Positions 1-10,155 are shown, counted from the stretch's first letter. The stretch: 53,935 nt of DNA from an uncultured Fibrobacterota bacterium (GCA_964346405.1 CAYFVL010000003.1:1-53935), one strand, 5' to 3'. The notes: generated by a model not told the origin, from the sequence alone. Numbers and translations are program-made.

Positions 1-470
1 CTCCTTTTGGATTCACCCTTAAGCCGAGACCACCTGCCCGGTAGAAGTTTACTTCGTTCACAATATGGGTCTTCCAGCAGCGCAAAAGACAATTTGTCAC
101 TTTCAATCTTCGTCGAGTAAAGCCCCGAGAGCTTTGTCCCGCAGTAATAATCGATCAGCTTGACATCCTTGCCATTCAACTCATATTCTCCCGGATAGCG
201 ACGTCCCGTGTAATCGAAAAGTAGAAGGTAGGTACCATCATCACGAAAATGCAGGGTCAAAGCCGCCCCTCCAGGCTCTTTTCCCGCGTCGCGTTCCCAA
301 ACTCCGTGTATAGTTTGAGTATTGACCGCCTTATCTTGTTGTCTATTGCATGACACAATTGACAAAAACACTAAAAAAGCAAAAAAACCGAGATGAATTT
401 TGTGGCGATTGCCTTTGAAAAGTCCCGTGGCAGTCGGTCGAGCAAAGGGTTTTTTGTATTTGTGAGTCAT
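1..470 (-). CDS. Putative lipoprotein, partial (runs off the window start)
   Basis: Not in the ORF track; translated by hand. ATG at 470 has GGAG upstream. The protein reads MTHKYKKP...LGFFAFLVFLSIVSC-NRQQ (hydrophobic stretch plus lipobox-like IVSC), then IHGVWE...LHFRDDGTY, and the frame stays open to position 1. Confidence 0.7.
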   Translation of the reverse strand, partial: MTHKYKKPFARPTATGLFKGNRHKIHLGFFAFLVFLSIVSCNRQQDKAVNTQTIHGVWERDAGKEPGGAALTLHFRDDGTYLLLFDYTGRRYPGEYELNGKDVKLIDYYCGTKLSGLYSTKIESDKLSFALLEDPYCERSKLLPGRWSRLKGESKR

Positions 471-494
471 AAGCACACTCCATTAAAATAACGA

Positions 495-1073
495 CTACAA
501 TTTTTTCCCGGATCTTCTCCTCCGGGGAAATCTCCACAACAAAGGAACAAAGATCGCGACAACGGCCCCCGCCCCACATCCTTCCTCAGAACTCCTGCTC
601 GATGTTATGCTCCGCATGGTATAGCGATTTTTCACGCCCGTGACGCCGTTTCGCCTTGCAATCATGCAGCTACCATTGGAAAAGCCTTCCAGCTCGGAGT
701 TACCATAGTCATAAACCCGAAATATGACATTATCGGACACGGATGGAACTACCTGATCTACAATGTGCAAAGAATCCGGAACGATCCATCGCACATTCCC
801 CCAATAAGGTTTCCATATTGCAACAGGACAGTATGAAGGGTCCTCAACAGGACACACCTTCGCCCAATCAACTCCAGCATTCAGTGACACTTTGATTACC
901 GTGGAAGAAGCAATGGCACGGTAGGCTGAATCGGCGTCGAACACTATCTGTATCGTGTCACCAATAAATAATGTATCCCCCTTACTTGGAGACGACACCC
1001 AGATTTCCTGTCCATAGCTACTACTCAACACTATACAAAGTAGTATCGCACTACATACAATTCTTGTTCGCAT
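495..1073 (-). CDS. Secreted Ig-like (Kre9/GPI-anchored-family-like) domain protein with a C-terminal GCGxG-hydrophobic-polyArg tail
   Basis: ATG at 1073 follows a G-rich RBS. It has a signal peptide (MRTRIVCSAILLCIVLSSSYG) and the C-terminus GCGAGAVVAIFVPLLWRFPRRRRSGKKL. Confidence 0.75.
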   Translation of the reverse strand: MRTRIVCSAILLCIVLSSSYGQEIWVSSPSKGDTLFIGDTIQIVFDADSAYRAIASSTVIKVSLNAGVDWAKVCPVEDPSYCPVAIWKPYWGNVRWIVPDSLHIVDQVVPSVSDNVIFRVYDYGNSELEGFSNGSCMIARRNGVTGVKNRYTMRSITSSRSSEEGCGAGAVVAIFVPLLWRFPRRRRSGKKL

Positions 1074-2013
1074 AGTTCCCCCATTTATCAGCATTAGGGT
1101 ATACCAACCTTGTTGATGATTGAACTCTTCGTCCCAGAAGACCAGCAATCTTCAGGACGAACCACTCCTTGGTTTATTTGGCATCCCGAGCAACTTTCTT
1201 CCAAGTTGATAGTTCCTGGAATCTGCTCGTATTGTCTCGCAATAAGGTTGTCATCTCCATCTCGAAAGCATTGTACTCCGGAGCAAGGATACCGCGAAAG
1301 TGCAGAACTACCCGGCATTGCTCCGGCAATCAAAGCTGATTCTGCATCAATCCTATTAAATAATTGGCGGACTGTAAGGTAATCGTTAGATGTTGCTTAG
1401 TAACTTGCTAGGAATATCGAAAGCCATTTTCCACTGACACTCGAGGTATCGACCCATTGTATCTGTTGAATTCCAGTACCGAACTCTGATCGCGATTCAC
1501 ATTCCATGCCGACATATGGAGTGACAATCATAAATTTCTCTCCAAACTTCATCTGATGCCACTGAACAAATAGAAAGCTATTCAAAGCCAAGCATTGCGC
1601 TAATAATTATCCTGCATATTGGGTATTCGCACTAATCACGAGTGTTCACCAAACACTCAACGTGGGTGATCGAAGGACAACTACAATCGCATTGCCGGAG
1701 CATTGGACACACAAGAACAAACCGTGGTTCAAAACGAATACCGAGACGCCATCGGAAAGGGTAACTACTCGGTGGATTTAATAAAATAGAAACACAATGC
1801 ACATACGCAGTTCACAAATAAGTACGATTTTATCCTATGCAAATTCAAAACAACATTTTGCTCACTAGGTAAGAGAGGAAGGAGGTAAAGAGAAAGAAAA
1901 CTACAATTATCATCACACTATCAGGTGTCATTCAATTTTTTCCCGGGAGATATCAACTTGTCGTTCTTCTTCCGGGGCGATAGAGACTTATAATCAAATT
2001 GGGAGGAAACTTC

Positions 2014-3729
2014 ATGAAACGGTTTCTTGCTGCTTCGCTTGTCGCCGCCGCGGCGGTGTCGACGTCCGTTGCTTATGACGAACTGCCTTACACAACTTAT
2101 TTCGACAGTGATATCCAAACAGGACAGACTGATACATTGTATCGTCTTGATCCTATTACAGGTGAACAGGTCTACTGGTCACTTCAGGAACAAGTCATCG
2201 TTGATTCCGGAGCAACCTTGGTAATAGATTCCGGTGCCCTTATCTTCGGTAACCTGGGTCCTGCCGGTCAGCCGGCAGGCGCCCTTATTTGTGCCGCAGG
2301 TGGTCAGATCATCGCCAACGGTACTGAAGAGTTTCCGATCATAATGACGGCCGTCGGTGACGATCCGGAAGACCCCTTTGATCTTGGCCCTGGCGCTCGT
2401 AACATGTGGGGTGGCCTGATTGTCCTGGGTAACGCTCAGATATCCAATCCGGACAAACCCGGTGAATCCGCCTATCCCGGTAAGCACCATATGGAAGGAA
2501 TTCCCAGTGATGATCCGCGGGCTTACTACGGGTCGGCATCCGATGCGTACAATAATGAGAGTTCGGGTATTTATCGCTATATCTCAATCCGACACGGCGG
2601 TTCCGGTGATGTGTCAAATGAGGAGGTTAACGGAATGACCTTTGGCGGTGTCGGTAGTGGAACGGTTGTTGAACACATCGAGGTGTTCGCCAATGCCGAT
2701 GATGCATTTGAGTTCTTTGGCGGAACAGTTCAAACCAAGTACCTGGTGGCTGCTTACTGTGGCGACGATCATTTCGATTATGATGAAGGTTTCCGTGGGA
2801 AAGGCCAGTTCTGGTTCGCTATCCATGAAGACAAAGATGGAGACCGCGGTGGAGAGCACGATGGCTACGACCCCGACGACGACGATACTCTCTATTCCGA
2901 GCCCACCATTTACAATGCTACCTACATTGGTTCTGGAAGATACAGTGACAACAGCAGCCAGCATGGTATTTACTTCCGAGATTATGCCGGAGGTCACTAC
3001 AATAATCTGATCATCTCAGATTTTTCCGGCAGGGCTATTCGTACCGGCGATATCCAGCCCTGGGGCGGAGCATTGACCGTGGAACACTCTATTTTCTACG
3101 ATTATGGTGATGCTTTCGCTGCCGCAGACAGTTCCTATCTCTTTGGAACAGCCCCGGGTAACCAGGTGGTGAATCCGCAAATCCGGGGTGCAGGCCGAGA
3201 AATCGGAATCAAGACTCTGGATCCCCGAGTTGCTTCTACCAGCCCGGCCCTTACGGGTGGAAAAACTCCTCCAAACGATGGTTTCTTCGATACCAGTGCA
3301 GACTTTGTCGGGGCTTTCAACAGCACCGATCTCTGGATCGATAACTGGACAGCTATTTCCGAAATGGGCATTTTGTCCACCTATCAAGGCGAAAATCCGC
3401 TTCGAATTTCTCCTAAAGGATTCATCTACGCCGATGAATACACCGTACTGAAATTCTACGTTGGAGTTAACGCTTCGGTAAAGACATCCAGTCCCGCCTT
3501 CAACATCAGCGTTGACGGGGTAGATGTAACATCTTCCTTCCTGAGCGGCATTCAAACCGCCACCCTTGCCGACGGTACCAACATCTATTACCTCATTCGT
3601 TCGAAACCCGGTCAGCTCATACCGACCGGTGGAGCGCCGGAGGATGGTCCGCATACGATCAGTGCCACCTTCCCAATGTGGAACGGCATGACATTGCGGG
3701 GTGAATCTCAGTTTGAAATCCTGAAGTAG
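2014..3729 (+). CDS. Secreted right-handed beta-helix (pectin-lyase-like fold) protein, full-length copy
   Basis: GGGAGG RBS before ATG 2014 and a signal peptide. Family motifs WGGLIVLGNA, NGMTFGGVGSGT, DDAFEFFGGTV, DDHFDYDEG and GAF...W..NWT are present. Confidence 0.8.
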   Translation: MKRFLAASLVAAAAVSTSVAYDELPYTTYFDSDIQTGQTDTLYRLDPITGEQVYWSLQEQVIVDSGATLVIDSGALIFGNLGPAGQPAGALICAAGGQIIANGTEEFPIIMTAVGDDPEDPFDLGPGARNMWGGLIVLGNAQISNPDKPGESAYPGKHHMEGIPSDDPRAYYGSASDAYNNESSGIYRYISIRHGGSGDVSNEEVNGMTFGGVGSGTVVEHIEVFANADDAFEFFGGTVQTKYLVAAYCGDDHFDYDEGFRGKGQFWFAIHEDKDGDRGGEHDGYDPDDDDTLYSEPTIYNATYIGSGRYSDNSSQHGIYFRDYAGGHYNNLIISDFSGRAIRTGDIQPWGGALTVEHSIFYDYGDAFAAADSSYLFGTAPGNQVVNPQIRGAGREIGIKTLDPRVASTSPALTGGKTPPNDGFFDTSADFVGAFNSTDLWIDNWTAISEMGILSTYQGENPLRISPKGFIYADEYTVLKFYVGVNASVKTSSPAFNISVDGVDVTSSFLSGIQTATLADGTNIYYLIRSKPGQLIPTGGAPEDGPHTISATFPMWNGMTLRGESQFEILK

Positions 3730-3893
3730 TCAATCGGCTTTCGAACTGAGTACATTTATCGAATTGATCGGACGACCGATCGACCGGGATGTGCACGCCT
3801 TGCGGTGCGCGCATCCCGAATTCATTACAAGGCATATGAGACATTTCCCGACCCTGGTTCCTTAACCGAAAGATGGATGCGTGTCGTAATCCT

Positions 3894-5222
3894 ATGAAAA
3901 TGCTTCTTATCAATGCCGGAGAACCCATTCGCCCCTCATCGAGAAAATTGATAAAACAGTGGGTCTCCCCAATGGTGGATACAATTAAGAGAATTTCCCC
4001 TCTGATTCCACGCGGGTTGACTTCACGAGTGATTACCGGCTTTGGTACGGCAGAGAAACGGTTCCCCCTGGGGCTGGGATATCTGTCTGCCATGCTTAAA
4101 GATCGGGGACATTCGCCCCTCCTCCTTGATCGATTTGCCGACTCCCGGGTGTGGCCGGATGATGTCCATACCTGTGATGGTATCGGGATCTATGCGAGTA
4201 CGCCCTGTTTCTCCGATGTTCTCTCGATTGTCGACAAGCTCAGACGACTGAACTACAAGGGTTCCATTGCCGTTGGCGGTCCACATGCCTCAGTGTTCCC
4301 AAATACTATACCAGACCGAGTCGACTATATAGTGCAGGGAGAAGCAGAGTACATTATTGCCGATCTGTTTGAGGGAGTTTACCCTTCCGGGCGAATCCTG
4401 AGCTGTCCAAGAATAGAAAATCTCGATCTCTTGCCTCGGGCCGACTATGAGATTTTCCTCGACAAACCCCGCTCATACACCAACAGCTTTTGCTTCTCCT
4501 CCGAGACGCCGATATACAATATGAATACTTCTCGCAGTTGCCCCCTGCAATGTAGTTTCTGTTCCGTACGCAACATCTGGGGCCGGCTCTGGCGTGGACA
4601 GAGTGCGGAACGGGTCTACGATGACATGATGTATCTCAGAAAGGAGTATGGAATAGCGGGGGTATACTTCCGAGAGGACTTTTTCCCCGCCAATCGAAAA
4701 CGCGTGTTTGAACTCGCCGAAATGCTGGTGAGGAGCAGGTCCAAGCTCATCTGGGCTTGTGAAACACGTGCCGATGTGACCGCCGACGAGAGTTTTGTGG
4801 AACTGATGGCGAAGAGCGGTTGCAGGGGCTTCTATATTGGTGCCGAAAGCGGCAGTCAGCGTATGCTTGACTACTACAATAAGTCCATAACCGTTGAGCA
4901 AATCATGAAAACCTGCGCTAATGCCAAAAAGTACGGGATTGGAGTTGCGATGTCTCTCATTGTGGCCCATCCGCATGAATCAATCAAGGATCAGATTGCT
5001 ACTTTCAATCTAATACGCAGAGCTAAGCCCGAAGTAGTCTTCGCCAACCCTTATCGCCCCGAAGTCGCCCGGCACGGAGAGGTGAATTTTCCGACATATC
5101 CCCCTCGTCCCATTGAGGAGGTGCATTTCGCCAACAGTACAAATCATGGACAGCATGACAGAGCTTCCCACAAATCCGAATCAAGCAAACCACTTGACAC
5201 AACAATCCCGACGCTCGGTTGA
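3894..5222 (+). CDS. Cobalamin-binding radical SAM protein (class B methyltransferase-like)
   Basis: N-terminal PLGLGYLSAML and GGPHAS...GEAE B12-binding domain, SRSCPLQCSFC (CxxxCxxC) and GAESGSQRML. Start is uncertain (3873/3894/3900). Confidence 0.9.
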   Translation: MKMLLINAGEPIRPSSRKLIKQWVSPMVDTIKRISPLIPRGLTSRVITGFGTAEKRFPLGLGYLSAMLKDRGHSPLLLDRFADSRVWPDDVHTCDGIGIYASTPCFSDVLSIVDKLRRLNYKGSIAVGGPHASVFPNTIPDRVDYIVQGEAEYIIADLFEGVYPSGRILSCPRIENLDLLPRADYEIFLDKPRSYTNSFCFSSETPIYNMNTSRSCPLQCSFCSVRNIWGRLWRGQSAERVYDDMMYLRKEYGIAGVYFREDFFPANRKRVFELAEMLVRSRSKLIWACETRADVTADESFVELMAKSGCRGFYIGAESGSQRMLDYYNKSITVEQIMKTCANAKKYGIGVAMSLIVAHPHESIKDQIATFNLIRRAKPEVVFANPYRPEVARHGEVNFPTYPPRPIEEVHFANSTNHGQHDRASHKSESSKPLDTTIPTLG

Positions 5223-5229
5223 GGCAGGA

Positions 5230-6027
5230 ATGAACCACATACCCATCCTTGGTGTCAAAGTAACTCCGGCAACCGTTGATTCCTTGCACCGTATGATATC
5301 GCAGTTGGTATGGGCTCCCGGTCACTCTTTTGTGCTGTCGGGTAATATTCATGGAATAAACATGGCGCGCAAGCACCCGTGGCTTAGGAAATTCTATTTG
5401 GAGGCGGATGTTGTTCGCGTTGACGGAGCCGGTGTTGTTCTGGCGGCTCGACTATTGGGATACAAGATACCGCCTCGGATTACCTGGGCCGACTGGGGAG
5501 AACTCCTGGCCGGGTACTGCGCTCAGATGGAGCATTCTTTGTTCTTCCTTGGGGGTCGGCCGTGGTCCGCGGAAAAAACGGTCGAAATAATGAAGGGTAG
5601 ATTTCCGACGTTGAAGATACATGGGTACCATGACGGCTATTTCACAAAATATGGCGATGAGAATGACAGAATTATCCATCTCGTAAATTCCTCGAAATCG
5701 GATATTCTCGTGGTCGGAATGGGTATGCCGCTGCAGGAAAAATGGATACTCGAGAACTACAGAAAGATGAACGTCTCCGTGATAATGACGGCGGGCGCCG
5801 CTTTCGAATATCTGTCTGATTCGATACCTCGATGTCCGGTCTGGATGGGCAATCTGGGCTGCGAGTGGCTTTTCCGATTGTACATGGAACCTTGCAGAAT
5901 GGCTCTTCGATATCTTTGGGGAAACCCTTCTTTCTTCTTTTCTCTCCTGACTGAACAACTGCTCACACAAAAAGACCGGAAATCTGCAAGCTGTTCGACA
6001 GAGACCACACCGAGGACTGAACAGTAG
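5230..6027 (+). CDS. WecB/TagA/CpsF family glycosyltransferase (GT26)
   Basis: Motifs DGAGVVLAAR, FFLGG, VGMGMPLQEKW and EWLFRL..EP.R...RY. ATG 5230 has GAGG upstream, just after the previous stop. Confidence 0.93.
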   Translation: MNHIPILGVKVTPATVDSLHRMISQLVWAPGHSFVLSGNIHGINMARKHPWLRKFYLEADVVRVDGAGVVLAARLLGYKIPPRITWADWGELLAGYCAQMEHSLFFLGGRPWSAEKTVEIMKGRFPTLKIHGYHDGYFTKYGDENDRIIHLVNSSKSDILVVGMGMPLQEKWILENYRKMNVSVIMTAGAAFEYLSDSIPRCPVWMGNLGCEWLFRLYMEPCRMALRYLWGNPSFFFSLLTEQLLTQKDRKSASCSTETTPRTEQ

Positions 6028-6237
6028 TCCGACATAAACTTTGGCGGGTAGAGATGGCCATGACACCAAGCCGAATGCCAAAAATGCATAACAGAAAGAA
6101 TGTGAAAAGAATAGAGAATGAAAATAATACGTTTCATCACACTAGCAATTGTTGCTTTGTTTTTTTTTCGGACGGTTTTCACGTATCGCTAAACCTCAGT
6201 TCGATTGTGCCACGGAACCAAACTGGGAGGATGCTCC

Positions 6238-7365
6238 ATGAAACGGTTTCTTACTGCTAGGCTAGCTGCCGCCGCGGCGGTCTCGACGTCTGTTGCTTAT
6301 GACGAACTCCCTTACAAAACCCATTTCGACAGTGATATCCAAACAGGGCAGACCGATACTTTGTATCGTCTGGATCCGATTACAGGTGAGCAGGTTTACT
6401 GGTCATTTCAGGAACAAGTCATTGTTGATTCCGGAGCAACTCTGGTCATCGATTCCGGTGCCCTTATTCTCGGTAACCTGGGTCCTGCCGGTCACCCGGC
6501 CGGTGCTCTCGTTTGTGCCGCTGGTGGTCGGATCATTGCCAACGGTACTGAAGACTATCCGATCATAATGTCTGCTGTCGGTGACGGTCCGGAAGATCCC
6601 TTTGATCTTGGTCCCGGTGCACGCAGCATGTGGGGTGGCCTTGTTGTACTGGGTAACGCTCAAATATCCAACCCGGACAAACCCAGTGAATCCGTTTATC
6701 CCGGTAAGCACCATCTGTTTGATATTCCCAATGATGATCCGCGGGCTTACTACGGGTCGGCATCCGATGCATACAATAATGAGAGTTCGGGTATTTACCG
6801 CTATATCTCAATCCGCCACGGCGGCTTTGGTGATATAGCAAATGCAGAAGTCAACGGAATGACCTTTGGTGGTGTCGGTAGTGGAACGGTCGTTGAACAC
6901 ATCGAAGTGTTCGCCAGTGGCGATGATGGATTCGAGTTCTTTGGCGGCACGGTCCAAGCCAAGTACCTTGTGGCTGCGTACTGTGGCGACGATCATTTCG
7001 ATTATGATGAAGGGTTCCGTGGAAAGGGCCAGTTCTGGTTCGCTATCCACGAAGATAAGGATGGGGATCGCGGCGGAGAACACGACGGATATGACGACGG
7101 CGACGACGACACTCTCTATTCAGAGCCTACCATTTACAATGCTGCTTACATTGGTTCGGGTCGGTACAGTGACAATAGCAGCCAGCACGGTATTTACTTT
7201 AAAGGCTATGCCGGCGGCCACTACAACAACCTGATCATCACCGAGTTTTCCGGCCAGGCTATCCGCACGGCGGAAATCCAGCCGTGGGGCGGCGCCTTGA
7301 CCGTGGACAACACGACAGCCGCGGAGGGTCCGCTTCTCCCAAAACCAATCAAAAGAGACGAGTAG
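6238..7365 (+). CDS. C-terminally truncated paralog of the beta-helix protein at 2014
   Basis: Co-linear with 2014-3083 at a constant 4224-nt offset up to GGALTV (nt 7307), followed by an unrelated tail of about 18 aa. Confidence 0.8.
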   Translation: MKRFLTARLAAAAAVSTSVAYDELPYKTHFDSDIQTGQTDTLYRLDPITGEQVYWSFQEQVIVDSGATLVIDSGALILGNLGPAGHPAGALVCAAGGRIIANGTEDYPIIMSAVGDGPEDPFDLGPGARSMWGGLVVLGNAQISNPDKPSESVYPGKHHLFDIPNDDPRAYYGSASDAYNNESSGIYRYISIRHGGFGDIANAEVNGMTFGGVGSGTVVEHIEVFASGDDGFEFFGGTVQAKYLVAAYCGDDHFDYDEGFRGKGQFWFAIHEDKDGDRGGEHDGYDDGDDDTLYSEPTIYNAAYIGSGRYSDNSSQHGIYFKGYAGGHYNNLIITEFSGQAIRTAEIQPWGGALTVDNTTAAEGPLLPKPIKRDE

Positions 7366-7368
7366 CCC

Positions 7369-9141
7369 ATGTACCTGAATGGCTTTTATTCGCAAATACT
7401 TTCACCGATGCGCTGTGGACTGCTGTTGATCACATTATTCTCCTTCTATATCGGTGCGACGCCTTCATGTCTTTCGGGCTTAGGGCAATTCAAAGGCATT
7501 CCGCATAGCGCCTATTCGCCCGGTACGGAAAACAGAAGTCCATTTGTTCGTTTGAAGTCAATCTCTGAGGGTTACGAGAACCGTTGGCTCGTGTCCCCCC
7601 GCTGGCAAACTACCTCAGATATCAGTAAAGGCGATGTACTTGAGGCCAGAGTGCGTCTTCGCCTCAGATCCGGACCAAAAGGTAAGGCGCATATTGTTTT
7701 CAGGACAAATGAACAGCCAAATGTAGTATCTCTGTACAGCACCTTCGAGCTTGATACAGCCCGACACACATTCACAATACCATTTCGTTCAATGGCTTAT
7801 ACAGAGTCGGGACAAGCCTATCTGGGACTTGGCTTTGGCTCCATGCAACAAACGGTAGAGATTGAATCGGTCGTCCTGTACAATCACGGGAGAAGTCGAA
7901 CCGTGGAAAGCTTTGATTATGACCCGTTCCATGGACAATCCAATGAAGCGTGGCGGGATAGGGCGAAGGAGAATATTGATCGTATTCGAAAGGCGAACAT
8001 GGCGATCACTGTTCGTGATTCAACAGGAGCAGCGCATCACAACTGTACAGTGTCCCTCAAAATGATACAACACCAGTTCGGATTCGGGGGCTTATTCAAC
8101 TTCCACATTTTTCGCCATCAACATAATCGCCCCGGAGATGTTGCAAAGTACCTTGCTTACTTTCCCAAATACTTCAATTACTCCACAGTCGGCTGGGGAC
8201 CAATGTGGCGCGACTGGGAAAACCAGAAATCGTTCATTACATTGCAGGGCAAAGCCGTTGAATGGCTGAACGAACGAAGAATTCCGGTGATCGCAATGTC
8301 AAATGCCCTTATTCAACCTATACGCAGATTCTATCCGGAGCGTGTTTTTGCAGCCATGGAGAGAGGTGAATACAAGAGGTATCTTGATCTGTCCTCTTCA
8401 TATTTGAAAAAGCGGGTTAGCCTGCTTTCCGACGTACAAGTCGACCATTGGATCGGAACAAATGAATACGTGAGTAGTCCTTTTTTTCCTGATAAGAAAG
8501 TGGATCTTATGCAGCATCACTTCCAAATACTTGATTCTATCGCCCCCAATGCTACTCTGGGATCTCTCGAGCACAAAATTATCGGGGAACGAAACTGCAA
8601 ATACGAAGATCAATATTTTGTGAACATCAAGAATCTTATCGATCGGGGAGTACAGCTCTCGAGAATCGGTTTCCAGGGACGATTCAAGTACCACATGCTG
8701 ACACCTCCGGACACGATACAGAGAATTCTTGATCGTTTCGCTGAATTGAACATACCCTTACAAATCCACGAATTTGAGATTGTTCATGTTTACGATTCTA
8801 CTCTTCTCTACAGATACACTAGAGACCTTCTTACTGTCACTTTCAGTCATCCCTCAATGCGGGAATTCCTTTTCTTTACCTTTTGGAGCCACATTCCGGA
8901 AGACGACCACCGGGCACTGTTTCGACATGACTGGACTCCGACACCGATGGGACGTGCATTTCTCGATTTAGTCCATGGTGAATGGAAGACAAATGTTGAG
9001 GGACCAACGGACGACCGGGGAAGATTTACAACCGATGCTTTTCTTGGCGACTATGAGATCCGTGTCTGCCATCAAGCCGACACGTTGGTTCTGCACAAAA
9101 CCCTTAACAGCTCAGGTTTAGACCTTGACATTGTTTTCTAA
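7369..9141 (+). CDS. GH10-like glycoside hydrolase with N-terminal CBM-like domain
   Basis: Signal-like N-terminus, WRDRAKENIDRIRK...HQFGFG, acid/base region WIGTNE, IGFQGRF, nucleophile region LQIHEFE and C-terminal W.T...G.TD..G....F.G.Y. Confidence 0.8.
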   Translation: MYLNGFYSQILSPMRCGLLLITLFSFYIGATPSCLSGLGQFKGIPHSAYSPGTENRSPFVRLKSISEGYENRWLVSPRWQTTSDISKGDVLEARVRLRLRSGPKGKAHIVFRTNEQPNVVSLYSTFELDTARHTFTIPFRSMAYTESGQAYLGLGFGSMQQTVEIESVVLYNHGRSRTVESFDYDPFHGQSNEAWRDRAKENIDRIRKANMAITVRDSTGAAHHNCTVSLKMIQHQFGFGGLFNFHIFRHQHNRPGDVAKYLAYFPKYFNYSTVGWGPMWRDWENQKSFITLQGKAVEWLNERRIPVIAMSNALIQPIRRFYPERVFAAMERGEYKRYLDLSSSYLKKRVSLLSDVQVDHWIGTNEYVSSPFFPDKKVDLMQHHFQILDSIAPNATLGSLEHKIIGERNCKYEDQYFVNIKNLIDRGVQLSRIGFQGRFKYHMLTPPDTIQRILDRFAELNIPLQIHEFEIVHVYDSTLLYRYTRDLLTVTFSHPSMREFLFFTFWSHIPEDDHRALFRHDWTPTPMGRAFLDLVHGEWKTNVEGPTDDRGRFTTDAFLGDYEIRVCHQADTLVLHKTLNSSGLDLDIVF

Positions 9142-9228
9142 ACCAACATAAAGGATCTTTTCCGCAGGATCCAGTAAATTATGTCTTCTCAGTACGTATG
9201 TGGTAGCAATTGCGGGATGCAGTCCAGG

Positions 9229-10155
9229 TTATCCGCCCTTGCTATTATCAATATTCTTTTCGATTCTAGGAACAAGCGTCGTGAGGATGGGAAGGTAAAA
9301 GCCCAAAATTACGAGTAGCTTTCCCAGAGGAAGTAGCATGAGAAATTCAAGCTTACCAGTTATCGCCAATGGTCCCCAGTTGGCCTGAAGGGCTTTGAGG
9401 TAGTCCCGAAATCCCACACTCGTATGAGGAGTACTCCCGGCATCCTCCATTCGGCAACGGAGAGCACGTTTTGTTACGCCGGCCAGCCACCTTTTACGCA
9501 AGAATTCATATGCGCTTCGGGGCCAATGATGATCAATGACCGCATCGGGTTCATACTCGATGCGCATCGCGTGCCTGATTATGTGATATCCAAAATACCG
9601 ATCTTCACCCCGCGGAAGCTGCTCATCGAACCAGATTCCCGCTTTGGCTACCGATTCTCTCCTGAATGCGAAATTAGCCGTACATATCATTGTCGAGGAC
9701 ACAACCGTTTGTCCCCTTCGTCCCCGCAGTTTGGGTATATCTTGACAGGTGAACTGGAAGGCGGCGGCAGCAGGTGATCGCTGAAAGACGTTTCGCATCC
9801 TCCCCTGAACGGCGATAGCTTTGGGTGATTCAGCGAACCTACTTACAATAGTTTCCAACCAGTTAACCTCCGCCACCGCATCGTCGTCAATAAATACCAC
9901 GATATCCGATTGGCAATTTCGGAGCGCACAATTCCTGGTCCGGCCAAACCCGATGCCGCCGAAAAACACATATCGGAGCCGAAGCGGACCATTGTAGGTG
10001 GTGAGATAACGTCTGGTATCGTCGGATGAATTCCCATCAACAACCACGACCTCATCGGGAAATCGTGTTTGCCGCTCAACCGACATCAGCAACTTCTTTA
10101 GTAGACCGCATCGGTTACGGGTTGCGATGGCTATGGATACTGATTCCAAAGGCAT
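9229..10155 (-). CDS. Glycosyltransferase family 2
   Basis: Motifs SIAIATRNR, VVVVDGNSSD, RN..L, FIDDD and GED. Confidence 0.92.
   Translation of the reverse strand: MPLESVSIAIATRNRCGLLKKLLMSVERQTRFPDEVVVVDGNSSDDTRRYLTTYNGPLRLRYVFFGGIGFGRTRNCALRNCQSDIVVFIDDDAVAEVNWLETIVSRFAESPKAIAVQGRMRNVFQRSPAAAAFQFTCQDIPKLRGRRGQTVVSSTMICTANFAFRRESVAKAGIWFDEQLPRGEDRYFGYHIIRHAMRIEYEPDAVIDHHWPRSAYEFLRKRWLAGVTKRALRCRMEDAGSTPHTSVGFRDYLKALQANWGPLAITGKLEFLMLLPLGKLLVILGFYLPILTTLVPRIEKNIDNSKGG

Noticed and set aside
2014-7307. Diversity-generating retroelement template/variable repeat pair
   Set aside because: There is no reverse transcriptase, the repeat is over 1 kb, and the differences are mostly third-position changes not restricted to adenines.
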